From assembly GCA_951406725.2 (NCBI GenBank), contig OX597835.1:24366001-24430000 (forward strand): a stretch of 64,000 nt of DNA. Reading direction: 5' to 3'. A program made the translations under genes and the position numbers. A model generated the notes under the pieces. That model made no database searches, was not told the origin of the DNA, and saw only the letters and a list, made by a program, of their open reading frames with translations. Shown piece after piece: positions 39,276 through 53,247 of the stretch. The stretch comes from Octopus vulgaris. Its lineage: Eukaryota. Every line of letters starts with the position of its first letter. Position 1 is the stretch's first letter.

Positions 39276-41391
39276 ATACACATGCATACACAGACACATA
39301 CACACATGTATGCACATGTATACACACATACACACATCTTTATCAACGTGCAAGTTAAAAAAAAAATTACGAAAAGTCTAATCTTTAATCTGGCATGTTT
39401 TACTTATTTTAGTCATTTGACTGTGGCCATGCTGGGGCAACACTTTCAAGGGTTTTAGTCGAACAGCTCAACCGCCCTCCCACCCCTTCTTGGTACTTAT
39501 ATTTTTTGTTTTTTCTTTAATATCTGGTACATATTCTATCTGTCATTATGGGAGCCTGCAGGATGTAAACAAACCATCACTGGCTGCCAAGTGATGGAGA
39601 GGGGTGAACACAAAGACACATACACATGCATTTGCGCACACACACAAACACACAAAAACACACACATATATATATATATATGATGGGCTTCTATGCAATT
39701 TCTATCTACAGAATCCACTCAAAAGGCTGTGGTTGGCCCAAAGGCTAGAGTAGAAGATACCCAAAGTGGTGTGCAGAGGGAATGAACCCGCAACCATGTG
39801 ATTGCAAAGCAAGCTTCTTAACTACACAGCAATATGCGTTACATTCCATTTTTAAAGAGGAACCACTCTTCAAGAATTGTGTTCCTACTTTCCAGAGAAG
39901 ACCCTGTTTTTGGACAATATTTTAATCATGCCTGAAACATCATAATCCCTCCTGATTCATGTTACAACGACCTAATACATTCTAGCAATGTTAGTTGAGT
40001 AATAATACTCCACCACCAGCACCCCATCCACCCCCATTTAGTTAACTGAATTTCTAAATGTCAGAGATTAGTCGTTTAATAAGATTAACGATCCTCCGTC
40101 TACTGACCTCATCTGTAGAGTACAAATTTACAATATCATCATTTTAACATCCATTTCGCAATGCTAGATGTAATCGCAATGTTAGATGTAATCTGTCACT
40201 ACTAAACACACACATATGCATGCACACGCATGCACATACACATAAATAAATTCCAAAGTTAAAAGAGAATGTACTTCGCTTAATCCATATTAAACAGGAA
40301 TATTCCTTAACTATTTAGCGTTTAAACTGACCACATCAGGCCCAAATATTCTACTTGAATGCTGAAACTGGCCAGATTTTGCCCTGTAAAATGCACTCTT
40401 TGCCCATTGGGCCTCACGGAGGCAGTGACAAGTGACCGAGACCCTTGGCAATATACTGTGCTTGAAAAGATCTGTCAAGCCAAGTGGGATCGTAGTTGTG
40501 GCCGGTGCTGGGGTTTCATAACTGGCACCCATACTGGTGGCACGTAAAAGGCACCCATTACACTCTCGGAGTGGTTGGCATCAGGAAGGGCATCAAGCTG
40601 TAGAAACCAGGCCAAATTAGACTGGAGCCTGGTGCAGCCTTCCAGCTTGCCAGCCCTAGTCAAACAGTCTAACCCATGCCAACAGGGAAAGCGAACGTTA
40701 AATGATGATGGTGATGATGATGATAATGATGATTATAACGATGATGATGATGATGAAACAATCATATTATCGGAATCTCGAAGGTACAAGATAATGCATG
40801 ATTAATTGAAATCAATGTTTGTGTATAAGCATTTACATTTGACAGAGTAATTCTAAACCATAAAACAATCCCTCCTCCTTATCCTCTGCCACTGCAGCGG
40901 CAGTCATAATGAAATATGCTAGAAATAGTAACAAAATAGGACCTCAAACCAAGCACACTATACTATCTGAAGGAAAAGAAATAAAAAGGTTACACAAGAC
41001 ATTGGCGTGTGGGTTAAGTTTGCTTTCCAACCATGAGGTTTCCCGTTCAGTCCCACAGGCCAATTCTTTGTGAGTGAATTTGATACATGGAAACTGTGTG
41101 GAAGCCTTTTTTGTATTATATAATATATACATATGGAAAATAAAAAAGTGGAGAGGATGTGGAGAGGATACGAAATGGACAGACATCAGCCAGTAAACAT
41201 TCCAGTATGTCCAAGTACTAGATTGTATTAGATGAATACATAAGTACATAGACATTTATTAGTAATACAGCATATCTAATACAAAGAATTGGTAATTGCA
41301 AGAACAAGGGTGTGGAAGCATATAATCATATAGGAACAGGTGCTTGAATGAGTACATGAGCAAATAAGCAGATTGTCAGTAGGTGCGAGTT

Positions 41392-41514
41392 CCTTACAGC
41401 CGTTTCTGCCAAGAGGCAACAAAATCTTCCAGGTTGTCTCCATCTCTTCAGTGTTATGTAGGGATGAGCAGGTATGGCTTGGATAAGGAATGTGCCTCTA
41501 GGCTTCTTCAGAGG
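41392..41514 (-). ncRNA. Hammerhead motif with a long helix II insertion
   Basis: cct-CTGAAGA-a-gcctagaggca...(about 74 nt)...tgcctcttggc-a-GAAAC-ggct-GTA-agg. Helix II pairs at 10 of 11 positions. Confidence 0.68.
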
Positions 41515-42090
41515 GTCTAGGTAGTTGGGAGGGCTAAGACATATAAAAAACAGTCAATAATAGCTACAATGTGTTTGTCTTTTTAAAAAAGAGCAGAAAG
41601 AGAATAGGAGTAAGAAATAAGAACGAAAATGAGGATGTGAGTGAAGTACATCTTAGTATAATGATTTGGGTATAGCAAGGGGAAATAAGATACTAGCACA
41701 TGGGTATGAAAAATTAGGTACACTACCAGCAGTATATTGGATAGGTGCTATACCTTAGTTGGTTTCTCAACCTCTAACTCACACAGAAATATATATATAT
41801 ATATGCATATACATATAGAGGGTGCGTGAAAATTCACACATAAAATCTGTTCAATGTGCTCCAGAATTGTTAAAGACAGAACCCCAGGTCAACCAAGTAA
41901 TTGTGAGTGAATTTGGTACAGGGAAACAGTGTGCAAGCCTGTTGTGTTTGTGTGTGTGAGCGTATGTGTATATATATATATATATATATAAAGTTAATCC
42001 AAACATGAAAACACAAAGAGAAAACATAACACGAGGACGTGGAACAAATATAGTATTATTGGATGCTCAGGAAGGAAGGGAAGAAGGGGG

Positions 42091-42125
42091 GTTTAATGTT
42101 TCGAGCAGAGCTCTTTGTCAGAAAC
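42091..42125 (-). ncRNA. Degenerate minimal hammerhead motif
   Basis: gttt-CTGACAA-a-gagc-tct-gctc-GAAAC-ATT-aaac. G8A and helix III changes are consistent with CpG decay. Confidence 0.5.
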
Positions 42126-43718
42126 ATAGAAAAAGGAAAGATCCAGAGAAGGGAAGACAGAGGAAAAAAATCGCCAATGGTACACACGCGGTAAAGACCC
42201 CCTTTGGTTGTGAATGAACATGGGATTGCACCTAGAAAGTTCCCTTCCAAGGCACAAGTCTGAACAAGGTTGTTTATGGAAGACCAGCAGTCGCCCATGC
42301 ATACCAGCCTCTCCTCTCCATGTCACCGATGTTATCCAAGGGAAAGGCAAAGGTTGATACAGCTTGGCACCAGTGATATTGCAATTCATTTCTACAGCTG
42401 AGTGAACTGGAGTGAACTGGAGTAATAAATAAATCAAACTCACTACCTCATGATTGTGAGTCCAACACTCCAGCCACTGAGCCAGGTAATATATATATAT
42501 ACATATATACCAGGTCAAATGTCACACACAAAATAAGTCCAATCCTCTCCAGAATTGTCAACGACATGCTTTAATTTCCCTAAATTGAATAAAATAAACA
42601 AAGAGGAATACACACACTTGTACACAGTGAACAAAATAAATAATAAGAACATAATATAAATAAAATATCAAATGTTTTGGCCCACCCTGTATATATATAT
42701 ATTGTGTGTGTGTGTGTGTGTTTATGCACTTAAGTGCTGGCGTTGGTTTGTTTACACCCCTGTAAGTAAGTGGTCTGGCAAATAGATTGGTAGACTAGGT
42801 ATCTGGCTTAAAAAATAAGTACTGGAGTTGATTCATTCAACTAAAAAGACCTTTCGAGGAGATGCCCCAGCATGGACGCAATCCAATGACTGAAAGAAGT
42901 AAATAAAACAACAACAATAACAACAAAAACGCAATAAAAGATAATAGGATGGTCGATGTAATCTAGAATATATGATTTTTGAAAACACAGCAGGAAGGTC
43001 ATGGATAGACTGGCTCTGCTCAATCATGGCTGCTTGGAGGTTTGAATAACAAGAACAATAATTAAAATATAATTATAACAAAAAGAAAAAAGAAGAAATA
43101 ACAACTATAAAAAAATAAAAGGAAATGGATTTTTTTCCAAAACTTTTTACACATTTTTTCTTATTTTTTCTGTAGAAATGGTCTTACATTGTTCTTAACA
43201 GCAAAAAATACAACTCTAGTATTCTAGTATTTACCATTGTTCTTAAAAGGATAGAACCCAATACTTTTCTGTTTACCATTCTTCGTAACAGCAAGAACCC
43301 AATACTTTTCCATTTACCATTGTTTAGAGGAAATTTTCACACAGTGCTTCCCTCTCAGACACATTTAGATGGACTTTTGACATTTATACTTGCTGTGCAT
43401 TTCATACGTTTTGTCTACAATACATATGTGTGTATGCATGCGTGATGATGGGTACGCACACGTGCATGTATGCGTGTTTGTGTGTGTGTGTGTGTGTGTG
43501 TATATGTATCATCATCATCAGCATCCTTTAACATCAGTTTCCCATTCTGGCATGGGTTGGATGGTTTGACCGGAGCTGACAAGGAAAAGAGCTGCACCAG
43601 GTTCAAGCCTGATTTGGCTTCGTTTCTACACCTGGATGCCCTTCCTAGTGCCAACCACTTTACAGTGTGTGCTGGGTGCAGTGCTGATTAACCGTTATGC
43701 AAAATAAGCACATGCTTA

Positions 43719-44133
43719 TTTCTTTACTGCCCACAAGGGGCTACACACAGAGGGGACAAACAAGGACAGACAAACAGATTAAGTCAATTATATTGACCCC
43801 AGTGCGTAACTGGTACTTATTTAATCAACACCAAAAAGATGAAAGGCAAAGTCGATCTCGGTGGAATTTGAACTCAGAATGTAGCGGCAGATGAAATACC
43901 TATTTCTTTACTACCCACAAGGGGCTACACACTGAGGGGACAAGCAAGGACAGACAAACGGATTAAGTCAGTTATATTTACCCCAGTGTGTAACTGGTAC
44001 TTATTTAATCAACTCCAAAAAGATGAAAGGCAAAGTTGATCTCGGTGGAATTTGAACTCAGAACATAGCGACAGACGAAATACCACTAAGCATTTTTCCC
44101 GATGTGCTAACGTTTCTGCCAGCTCGCCACCTT
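43719..44133 (-). mobile_element. SINE family A dimer with an 18-bp TSD
   Basis: aaaataagcacatgctta at 43701-43718 and 44134-44151 flanks a full copy plus a tandem partial copy. Confidence 0.88.
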
Positions 44134-44199
44134 AAAATAAGCACATGCTTAGGGCATTGAGGGAAGAAGGGGGCACCACAGAAATTGTAAATAGTTTAT

Positions 44200-44392
44200 G
44201 GCACATTAGAAATCATTCTAAGCTTGCTAAAATTGACATTATTGAGTGTGCCTTTCCAAATGTAGACATCACCTTTCGTACATTTTTAACATGAATGGTC
44301 ACAAATTGCTCAGCTACACATTCATTTTCTCAGTTCAAGTATATTAAAAATCTCATCAAAACAACTGTGCAACAAGGCAGGCTGGATGCTTT
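44200..44392 (+). mobile_element. hAT transposase dimerisation-domain relic
   Basis: ECAFPNVDITFRTFLT*MVTNCSATHSFSQFKYIKNLIKTTVQQGRLDA matches the FPN..LT.PVT.CSAERSFS.LK.IK..LR.TM.Q.RL pattern. Confidence 0.75.
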
Positions 44393-44710
44393 ATTTTTAC
44401 TAAGAAGAGAATTCTGGGAGAGGGGGTTAGTTGATTACATCAACCCCAGTACGTAACCGGTACTTATTTTATCGGCCCCAAAAGGTTGAAAGGCAAAGTC
44501 AACCTTGTTGGAATTTGAACTTGCCCGGCATGCCAATGATTCAGCCACCTCACCACCATTATAAAATAACCCTTTCTACTATAGGTACACAAAAGGGGAA
44601 TAGTCAGTTACATTGACCCCGAAGGCAAGAAAGGAGAAGTCGACGGTAGTAGAATTTGAACTCAGAACGTAAAGACAGACAAAACTCTGCTTAGCATTTT
44701 GCCTCGTATG

Positions 44711-44780
<70 letters not shown>

Positions 44781-44908
44781 TAAAGTAAGCACATAAATAT
44801 GAAACAAGGTGTGAAAAAATAGTACTCGAATACCAGAGGTAGAATAATAGGATATATTATTATTAAAGCTGCCAAAACATCACGAAAATATCACCTCCAC
44901 CAAAAAAA

Positions 44909-44948
44909 ACTGCTACTCAGAGTTTCATGTTCCTGTTCATCAGGCAGT
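44909..44948 (-). ncRNA. Hammerhead motif, intact core with decayed helix II; same family as 20981
   Basis: actgc-CTGATGA-acaggaacat-GAAAC-tctga-GTA-gcagt. Confidence 0.62.
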
Positions 44949-45211
44949 TTAAACTGTATGACAAATGGTAACGTGAAGGTCTGAGTAGTAGTTTTTTTGT
45001 GTGATATTTTGTGATGTTTTTGCGGCTTGAATAATAATAAAGTGTATACACACACGTGTGTGCATAGATACACAAATACCTACATGCATATATACATACA
45101 CAAAGATATAATATACATACAGAAAGATATGTATGCATAGACATGTAAATACATACAGACATACATACACACACCGTTAGCCACTACACACACTTTTTTT
45201 CTCTGTGTCCC

Positions 45212-45245
45212 TTTCTGTTGAAGAGCATAGGCTCGAAACGTAAAA
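45212..45245 (+). ncRNA. Minimal hammerhead-like motif (A6U variant)
   Basis: ttt-CTGTTGA-a-gagc-atag-gctc-GAAAC-GTA-aaa. Related to the 42091 motif. Confidence 0.5.
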
Positions 45246-45330
45246 AACTTTTTCTATTCCTGAGCGTTATACTAATACATCTGTTTGTTTCGTACACCAC
45301 CTTCGTCTTTTGTTTTTTTTCGTAAACTCT

Positions 45331-45373
<43 letters not shown>

Positions 45374-45710
45374 ATATATTAATAAATAAAATAAAACATA
45401 TGCATATATATATAAACATATATGTACGTACCTACCTCTACATGTACATATACACGCATATATGAGTACAGGACACCAAAAGGACGTCGAACACAATGAA
45501 AAACGAAAACATAGACACAAACCAAAGGAACTGGACATTTTTTTAAAAACAAAAAAAAAAAAATAGAGTACAGGACAATTAACACAAAGAAAAAAACCCC
45601 TTCTTCAGTCGCTAAAGGTTTCATCTACTCTACGTTTCGAAGGATATATATATAATATATATATATACACACACATACACACATATATATACATAGATAT
45701 GTAATATATG

Positions 45711-45745
<35 letters not shown>

Positions 45746-46134
45746 GGCACCCTGTCGGTTACAACGACGAGCATCCCAGTTGATCCAATCAATGGAACAG
45801 CCTGGTCATGAAATTAATGTGCAAGTGGCTGAGCACTCTGCATACACATGTACCCTTAATGTAGTTCTCAGGGAGATTCAGCGTGACACAGAGTGTGACA
45901 AGGCTGGCTCCCTTTGAAATACAGGTACAAAAGAAACAGGAAGAAAGAGTGAGAGAAAGTTGTGGTGAAAGAGTACAGCAGGGTTTCCCACCACCCCCTG
46001 CTGGAGCCTCATGGCACTTTATGTGTTTCCACTCAATAAATACTCTCAATGCCCGGTCTGGGAATCAGAATCACGATCCTACGACCACGAGTCCACTGCC
46101 CTAACCACTGGGCCATTGTACCTCCACTTATATA

Positions 46135-46176
<42 letters not shown>

Positions 46177-46303
46177 CACATTCACACTCACATACATATG
46201 TATGTATAGATATATAAATACATACACACACATACATACACATATATATGCGTAGATATATAAATATATATGCAAACATATGTGCATATACATGTATATA
46301 TGC

Positions 46304-46360
<57 letters not shown>

Positions 46361-46416
46361 ATTTACAAAAAAAAACAAACGATGAAGATGGGTGTGTAAA
46401 CAAGAAACAGATATGC

Positions 46417-46453
<37 letters not shown>

Positions 46454-46469
46454 CATATATATAAAAGCA

Positions 46470-46511
<42 letters not shown>

Positions 46512-46586
46512 AGCATACATATGCATATATGCATATATATACATATATATATATACACATATATATAAATGCATATATATGTACAT

Positions 46587-46985
46587 AGACGCAGGAGTGG
46601 CTGTGTGGTAAGTAGCTTGCTAACCAACCACATGGTTCCGGGTTCAGTCCCACTGCGTGGCATCTTGGGCAAGTGTCTTCTGCTATAGCCCCGGGCCGAC
46701 CAATGCCTTGTGAGTGGATTTGGTAGACGGAAACTGAAAGAAGCCTGTCGTATATATGTATATATATATATGTATGTGTGTGTGTGTTTGTCCCCCTAGC
46801 ATTGCTTGACAACCGATGCTGGTGTGTTTACGTCCCCGTCACTTAGCGGTTCGGCAAAAGAGACCGATAGAATAAGTACTGGGCTTACAAAGAATAAGTC
46901 CCGGGGTCGATTTGGTCGACTAAAGGCGGTGCTCCAGCATGGCCACAGTCAAATGACTGAAACAAGTAAGAGAGTAAGAGAGTAA
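46587..46985 (+). mobile_element. SINE family B, full-length copy
   Basis: Same head, body and tail as 11167. Confidence 0.85.
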
Positions 46986-47011
46986 TATATACATATATGC
47001 ATATATATATA

Positions 47012-47049
<38 letters not shown>

Positions 47050-47487
47050 ATATTTAAACACAAACATATAGACACAAACATTAATTTTTTCAGTTACAAA
47101 TACCAAGTATATATTTATTTATTTACTTATTTCTATGCACGTGTGTATGTGTGTATATGTGTGGTGTGTATATGTGTTTGTCTAGTTTATGATTCATATC
47201 TTTGAAAGCATTTGTTCATGAAAAAGAGGCCAACTTCAGTGTAAATTACAATACTGATGACAGTTGTGTTATTGAGAATGGTTGAACAGTCTTTGGAATT
47301 GGTTGGACATGATGAGAATGCAGAGCTGAGGAGGAGAGGTAGACAAAGAGGAAGGAGAGAAAGGGGTGAGGTGGATGAGGGTGGGTGAAGTGAAACAACC
47401 ATCTTGAAGAAAGAACAACTTGTGAAAAGACTGAATATGCAAAACAAGCAGACAATTTTTTAATATAAAGTGGCTGCAAACACACAC

Positions 47488-47534
<47 letters not shown>

Positions 47535-47980
47535 TCATCATTGTTTAATGTCAGCCTTCCATGCTGGAATGGGTGGGATGATTTTACAAAAGCCAGCCAG
47601 ACAGAATCCAGCCTCAGACTTCTGTGACTGTTTTGGCAAGATTTTTACAGCTGGATGCCCTTCCTAACACCAACCACTCAGCGGAGTGGACTTAATGCTT
47701 TTTACATGGCACAAGCACAGGTAAGGTCAGTTTTGGCAAGGTTTTTACAGCTGGATACCCTTCCAAACACCAACCACTTTACAGTGTGAAGTTGGTGCTT
47801 TTAAGTGACACCTGCATTGACAGGGTCACCAAGTACTTGCAAGACAATATATATATATATATAAATAAGAAAATGGAGGAACAGATTCCTTCCAATCATC
47901 AACTTACAGATAATACCAATTCATATAATTTATTACCTAATTAAACAGGAACATCCAAATCCAATATATATATATATAAT

Positions 47981-48372
47981 AGGTGCAGGAGTTGCTATGT
48001 GGTAAGTAGCTTGCTTACCAACCACATGGTTCCGGGTTCAGTCACACTGCGTGGCACCTTGGGCAAGTGTCTTCTACTATAACCTCGGGCCGTCCAAAGC
48101 CTTGTAAGTGGATTTGGTAGACGGAAACTGAAAGAAGCCCATTGTATATATTTATATATATGTGTGTGTGTGTGTTTGTGTGTCTGTGTTTGTCCCCCCA
48201 ACATCGCTTGACAACTGATGCTGGTGCGTTTACGTCCCCGTAACCTAGCAGTTCGACAAAAGACACCGATAGAGGAAGTACTAAGCTTACAAAGAATAAG
48301 TCATGGGGTCAATTTGCTCAACTAAAGGCGGTGCTTCAGCATGGCCACAGTCAAATGACTGAAACAAGTAAT
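47981..48372 (+). mobile_element. SINE family B, full-length copy
   Basis: Same family. Further copies at ~18698-19075(+), 20108-20475(-), 39405-39830(-), 50053-50449(-) and 59722-60172(+). Confidence 0.8.
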
Positions 48373-49184
48373 GGAAAGAAGGAAAAAAAGAGACTGATCA
48401 AGAAAAAAAATTTTTCAAATGTTTGTATGAAGATTTAAAGGAATTCAATATAAGAGGATGTACAGAGGTATAACGGTCAGTGTGTATACATATGCACAAC
48501 ACACGTATGGACACCAATGTTTCCACATCAACTGTGATGTGATGAGATGCAACAAGAATTTTTCAATCTACAAAGAAAGCATACTCTACACATACACACA
48601 CACATATAAACATATATCTATATACACACACATATACACTTCTAAACATCACCATTCTGGCTTCAAACTACTTTCAAGAAACTACAAAACATTTTAAACC
48701 TTGTTTACTTATTTGTTTATTTATATATTTTGATGTGATTTTATTTATTTATTTATTCAAAATTGTTTTAGGCTTTTGTATTTTTATTTATTTATGTTTT
48801 TTCTTTGGTTTGTTTTATGTACACATTACTTACAATAAGTACATTTTGGAGCCAGGAAAAATACAATTTATCAAAAAATAACCATTGATGATGGTGATGA
48901 ATGTGATGGTGGTGATTTCACACACACACACACACACACACAGATGTGTATATCTACATGTGTGCATATGTATATATATATGTGTGTGTATGTGTGTATA
49001 TATATCATCATCATCATCGTTTAGCGTCCGTTTTAAACGATGATGATGATGATATATATACACACATACACACACATATATATATATAAATACATACATA
49101 CATATCTACATATGTGTATGTATATATGTGTGTGTATATATATATATATATATACATACATATCTACATATGTGTATGTATATA

Positions 49185-49220
<36 letters not shown>

Positions 49221-49981
49221 CATACATACATATCTACATATGTGTATGTATATATATGTGTGTGTGTGTATATATATATATAAATACATACATATATCTA
49301 CATATGTGTACGTATATATGTGTGTATATATATATATAAACACACACTTATGAAGAGCTTTGAAAGAACTCACCGATGCTGAGTGGTTGATATTAACCCA
49401 AAATACATTTATATCTTCAGATCTAAAGGACTTCCATGGTGCCTTCCCTGGCACCCCACTGCCTCCTCCTCACCACCACCACCACCCCTTCCTCCTCCAA
49501 CACCACCACCACCTTACCTGTCTTCATGACCAAGAAGACACAAACACAATGAATTATTGAACTCAGACTTGTTCTAGTGGTTTAAGTAGCAAAACACATC
49601 AACTAGCAACGCTTCAGATCTATTAGACTAAGCACCCAACAACCTCTTCCTTTAAGGTTACATTTGCACTTAAATTCGGGGTAGAACCTCGTCTGCAGCA
49701 AAACAAGGGAAATAACCCCTGTAGCTTATTACTGCAACGATCATAATTTTTACGCGCGTTTTGTGTCTCTCTTTTTAGCTTTTACTGGTTTCAGTCATTG
49801 GACTGCAGCCATGCAGGGGCACCACCTTGATGGGCCTGGATGAACAAATTTACCATTTTACTGCAGTACTCTCCTTTTATTTTCAAAGGCTGGTACCAAT
49901 TCTATTGGTCTGTTTTTGCTGAACTGCTAAGTTACAGATGTACACAAAGCAACTCTGGTTTTCAAGTGATGAGTAGTAGGA

Positions 49982-50039
<58 letters not shown>

Positions 50040-50262
50040 ACACACACACATTCTTTTACTTGATTCAGTCATTTGAGTGCAGCCATGCTGGAGCACTGCC
50101 TTAAAGGGTTTTAGCCAAAGCAATTGACCCCAGGACTTATTCTTTGTAAGCCTAGTACATATTCTATTGGTAACTCTTGCCGAACCGCTAAGTTACAGAG
50201 ATGTAAACACACCAACATCGGTTGTCAAGCGATGGTGGAGGGACAAACACAGACACACAAAC

Positions 50263-50295
<33 letters not shown>

Positions 50296-51658
50296 CAACA
50301 GGCTTCTTTCAGTTTCCGCCTACCAAATCCACTCACTATGGTAGAAGCTATAGTAGAAGACACTTACCCAAGGTGTCACGCAGTGGGACTGAACTTGCAA
50401 CCTTGTGGTTGGGAAGCAAGCTTCTTACCACACAGCTATGCCTGCGCCTATATATATGAATGCTAGGTTTCCTTACAGTTTCCACCAACTAAATTCACTC
50501 ACAAAAAGTTGATTGGCCTGGAAGTTACAATAAAAGATATTTATCTAAGGTGCTGTGGAGTGAGACTGAACCTGAAACCACATGATTGAGAGAATGAACT
50601 TCTTTACCACACCACATAGCAGATACACACACATACACACACACAAACAACATAGACACCACAACCACCGCTACTACCAACACTACTACTACCTCTTGTA
50701 CCACCATCACCACCACCACCACCACCACCACCACCATCACCACCACCACCACCAAAAACAACAACAACACCAACAATAACAACAACAACAACAACAAGTC
50801 TCTAGAATCCATTAAAATCAACTCTTCTAGCAAATTCCTGTACCATTTCCTTAGACCCAGCCATTCTTCTACATTATCTTCATAGCTAATTGTCTTTTGC
50901 TTACAGCTGTGTGAGTTTCTGGTGTGGCTGGGGTAATTGGAGGAGACCCCCACCGCCCCCCAAACTCCTCACACAGCCCAGGGGCCAGAAGGGTGTTTAG
51001 TAGGGGTGAGTTTGTTTCTAGAAGTATTCAGCTGTGTGTTTGAGTGTGTGTGCGTGTGTGTGTGTGTGTATAGTGTAGTGTTTGTGTGCGTGTATATGTA
51101 TGTAGTATACCTGTGTGTGTGAGAGCATCTTGCATTTCTGTATGTGTGAAGTGTGTGTTTGTATGTATTTGTGTGCATATGGGTATATATTTGTGTGTAT
51201 TTGTTTTTTTCTGTGTGTGTATGTGTTTGTGTTTGTATTGTGTATATGTATATGCATGTGTGTGTGTATTTTTATGCATGTGTGTGTGTATGTGTGTGTA
51301 TGTGTGTGCATGTATAGTATGTGTATAATATGTTGAACCTTTTCATTACTCCTCTACCACCACCACCACTTAACCTCCACCATCATCATCATCGTCATCA
51401 TTAACAACAGCAACATTAACACAAAATAATGCATTCACCTTTACATGATTGCTTGACCTTCTGGAAGCAACAGCCAAATTGCCCTCCAACTGTTTTCCAA
51501 TAATTATTACAATAACAACAACACTATTAATACTGATTTCAAATTTTAGCACAAGGCCAGCAATTTCAAGGTGAAGTGGATTAGTCAATTACATCAACCC
51601 CACATTATTTACATTATTTACAATTGACGAATATTTGTCCTCATCATGTTTGTTGTTA

Positions 51659-51702
51659 ACATAATGTTTCGGCTGGTATACCCTCCAGCCTTCATCAGGT
51701 GT
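51659..51702 (-). ncRNA. Minimal hammerhead motif with decayed helix III
   Basis: acac-CTGATGA-a-ggctgg-agggtata-ccagcc-GAAAC-ATT-atgt. Helix II is a perfect 6 bp. Confidence 0.6.
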
Positions 51703-52069
51703 CTTGGGGAAATTTCGAACCTAAGGTAGTTTTTGATGTTATTATTATTATTATTCAGATCACTGCTTGGAATTGAACTTGGAATCTCGGGATTAATAGC
51801 TCATGCTCTTAACCACTATGCCATATGCCCATGGGCATATAATAATAATAATTTTCAAACTTAGGCACAAGGTCAGCAATTTTGGGGGAAGGAGTAAGTC
51901 GATTACACTGACCCCACTAATCAACTGATACTTAATTTATTGACATCCAAAAGGATAAAAGGCAAAGTCGACCTTGGCAGAATTTGAACTCAGAACATGA
52001 GGACAGACAAAATGCCACTAAGCATTTTTCCCAGATGTGCTAATGATTCTGCCATCTCCCCACCTTACA

Positions 52070-52102
<33 letters not shown>

Positions 52103-52481
52103 TACGAATTTAGGCACAAGGCCAGAAATTTGGGGGTTAAGGGGTGAGTTGACTATATTGACCCCAGTGTTTCACTGGTACTTAATTTATCGACCCTGAA
52201 AGGATGAAAGGAAAAGTTGATCTTGGTGGAATTTGAACTCAGAATGTAAAGGCAAATGAAATGCTGCTAAGCCTGGCATTGCTAACCGTTCCGCCAGCTC
52301 ACTGACTTTACTCCATAATCATCGTTAGCAACAACAGCAACATCTGTACATAACAACAACAAGAACAATGGTACTACACTACAAAAACAACCCATGTAAC
52401 AGCAATAACACCAACATATGATAACCACATCTGTGCTTAACAATAACAACAACATCAACATCTGTACATAACACACACACA

Positions 52482-52529
<48 letters not shown>

Positions 52530-52618
52530 ATGAGAAAACAAAAGAGTGAAATAAAACCCCATCAAGACACTTTCCAAAGCACAACCAATATTACTTCCTG
52601 GCAGTTATTTCCTGTGTC

Positions 52619-52661
<43 letters not shown>

Positions 52662-52947
52662 TGGGGGGGGGCATAAGGAGGGTTAGGGGGGGAAAAGGGG
52701 AGAATGTGTGGAGGGCACATTCTCTAGGACTCCCTAACGTCCCTTCACCTTAACGAAGGGCATTCTTCGGTATGATATACAAGGAACTATGTGTTGTGGC
52801 ACTCATGTGAGGGAATGGATGGCGTGGAAGACAAAATAGACTAAACATGAACATATACATACACACACACACACACACACTTATACGTACATATATATGT
52901 GTATATACATATATACATATTTGTAAATATATAAATGTGTGTGTGTG

Positions 52948-52986
<39 letters not shown>

Positions 52987-53009
52987 GTATGTGTGTGTAT
53001 ATATATATA

Positions 53010-53053
<44 letters not shown>

Positions 53054-53164
53054 TGAGAGAGAGAGAGAAATTGATAGATGTAGGTGCAGGTGTACTTAAG
53101 AAGTTTACTTCCCAACTATGTGGTTTCAAGTTCAGTCCCAATCTGTGACACCTTAGTCAAGTGT

Positions 53165-53208
<44 letters not shown>

Positions 53209-53212
53209 GTAG

Positions 53213-53247
<35 letters not shown>

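Noticed and set aside
45465-45645. GAAACGTA and CTGAAGA boxes in permuted order on the minus strand
   Set aside because: Helix I cannot be formed. Probably a truncated repeat fragment.
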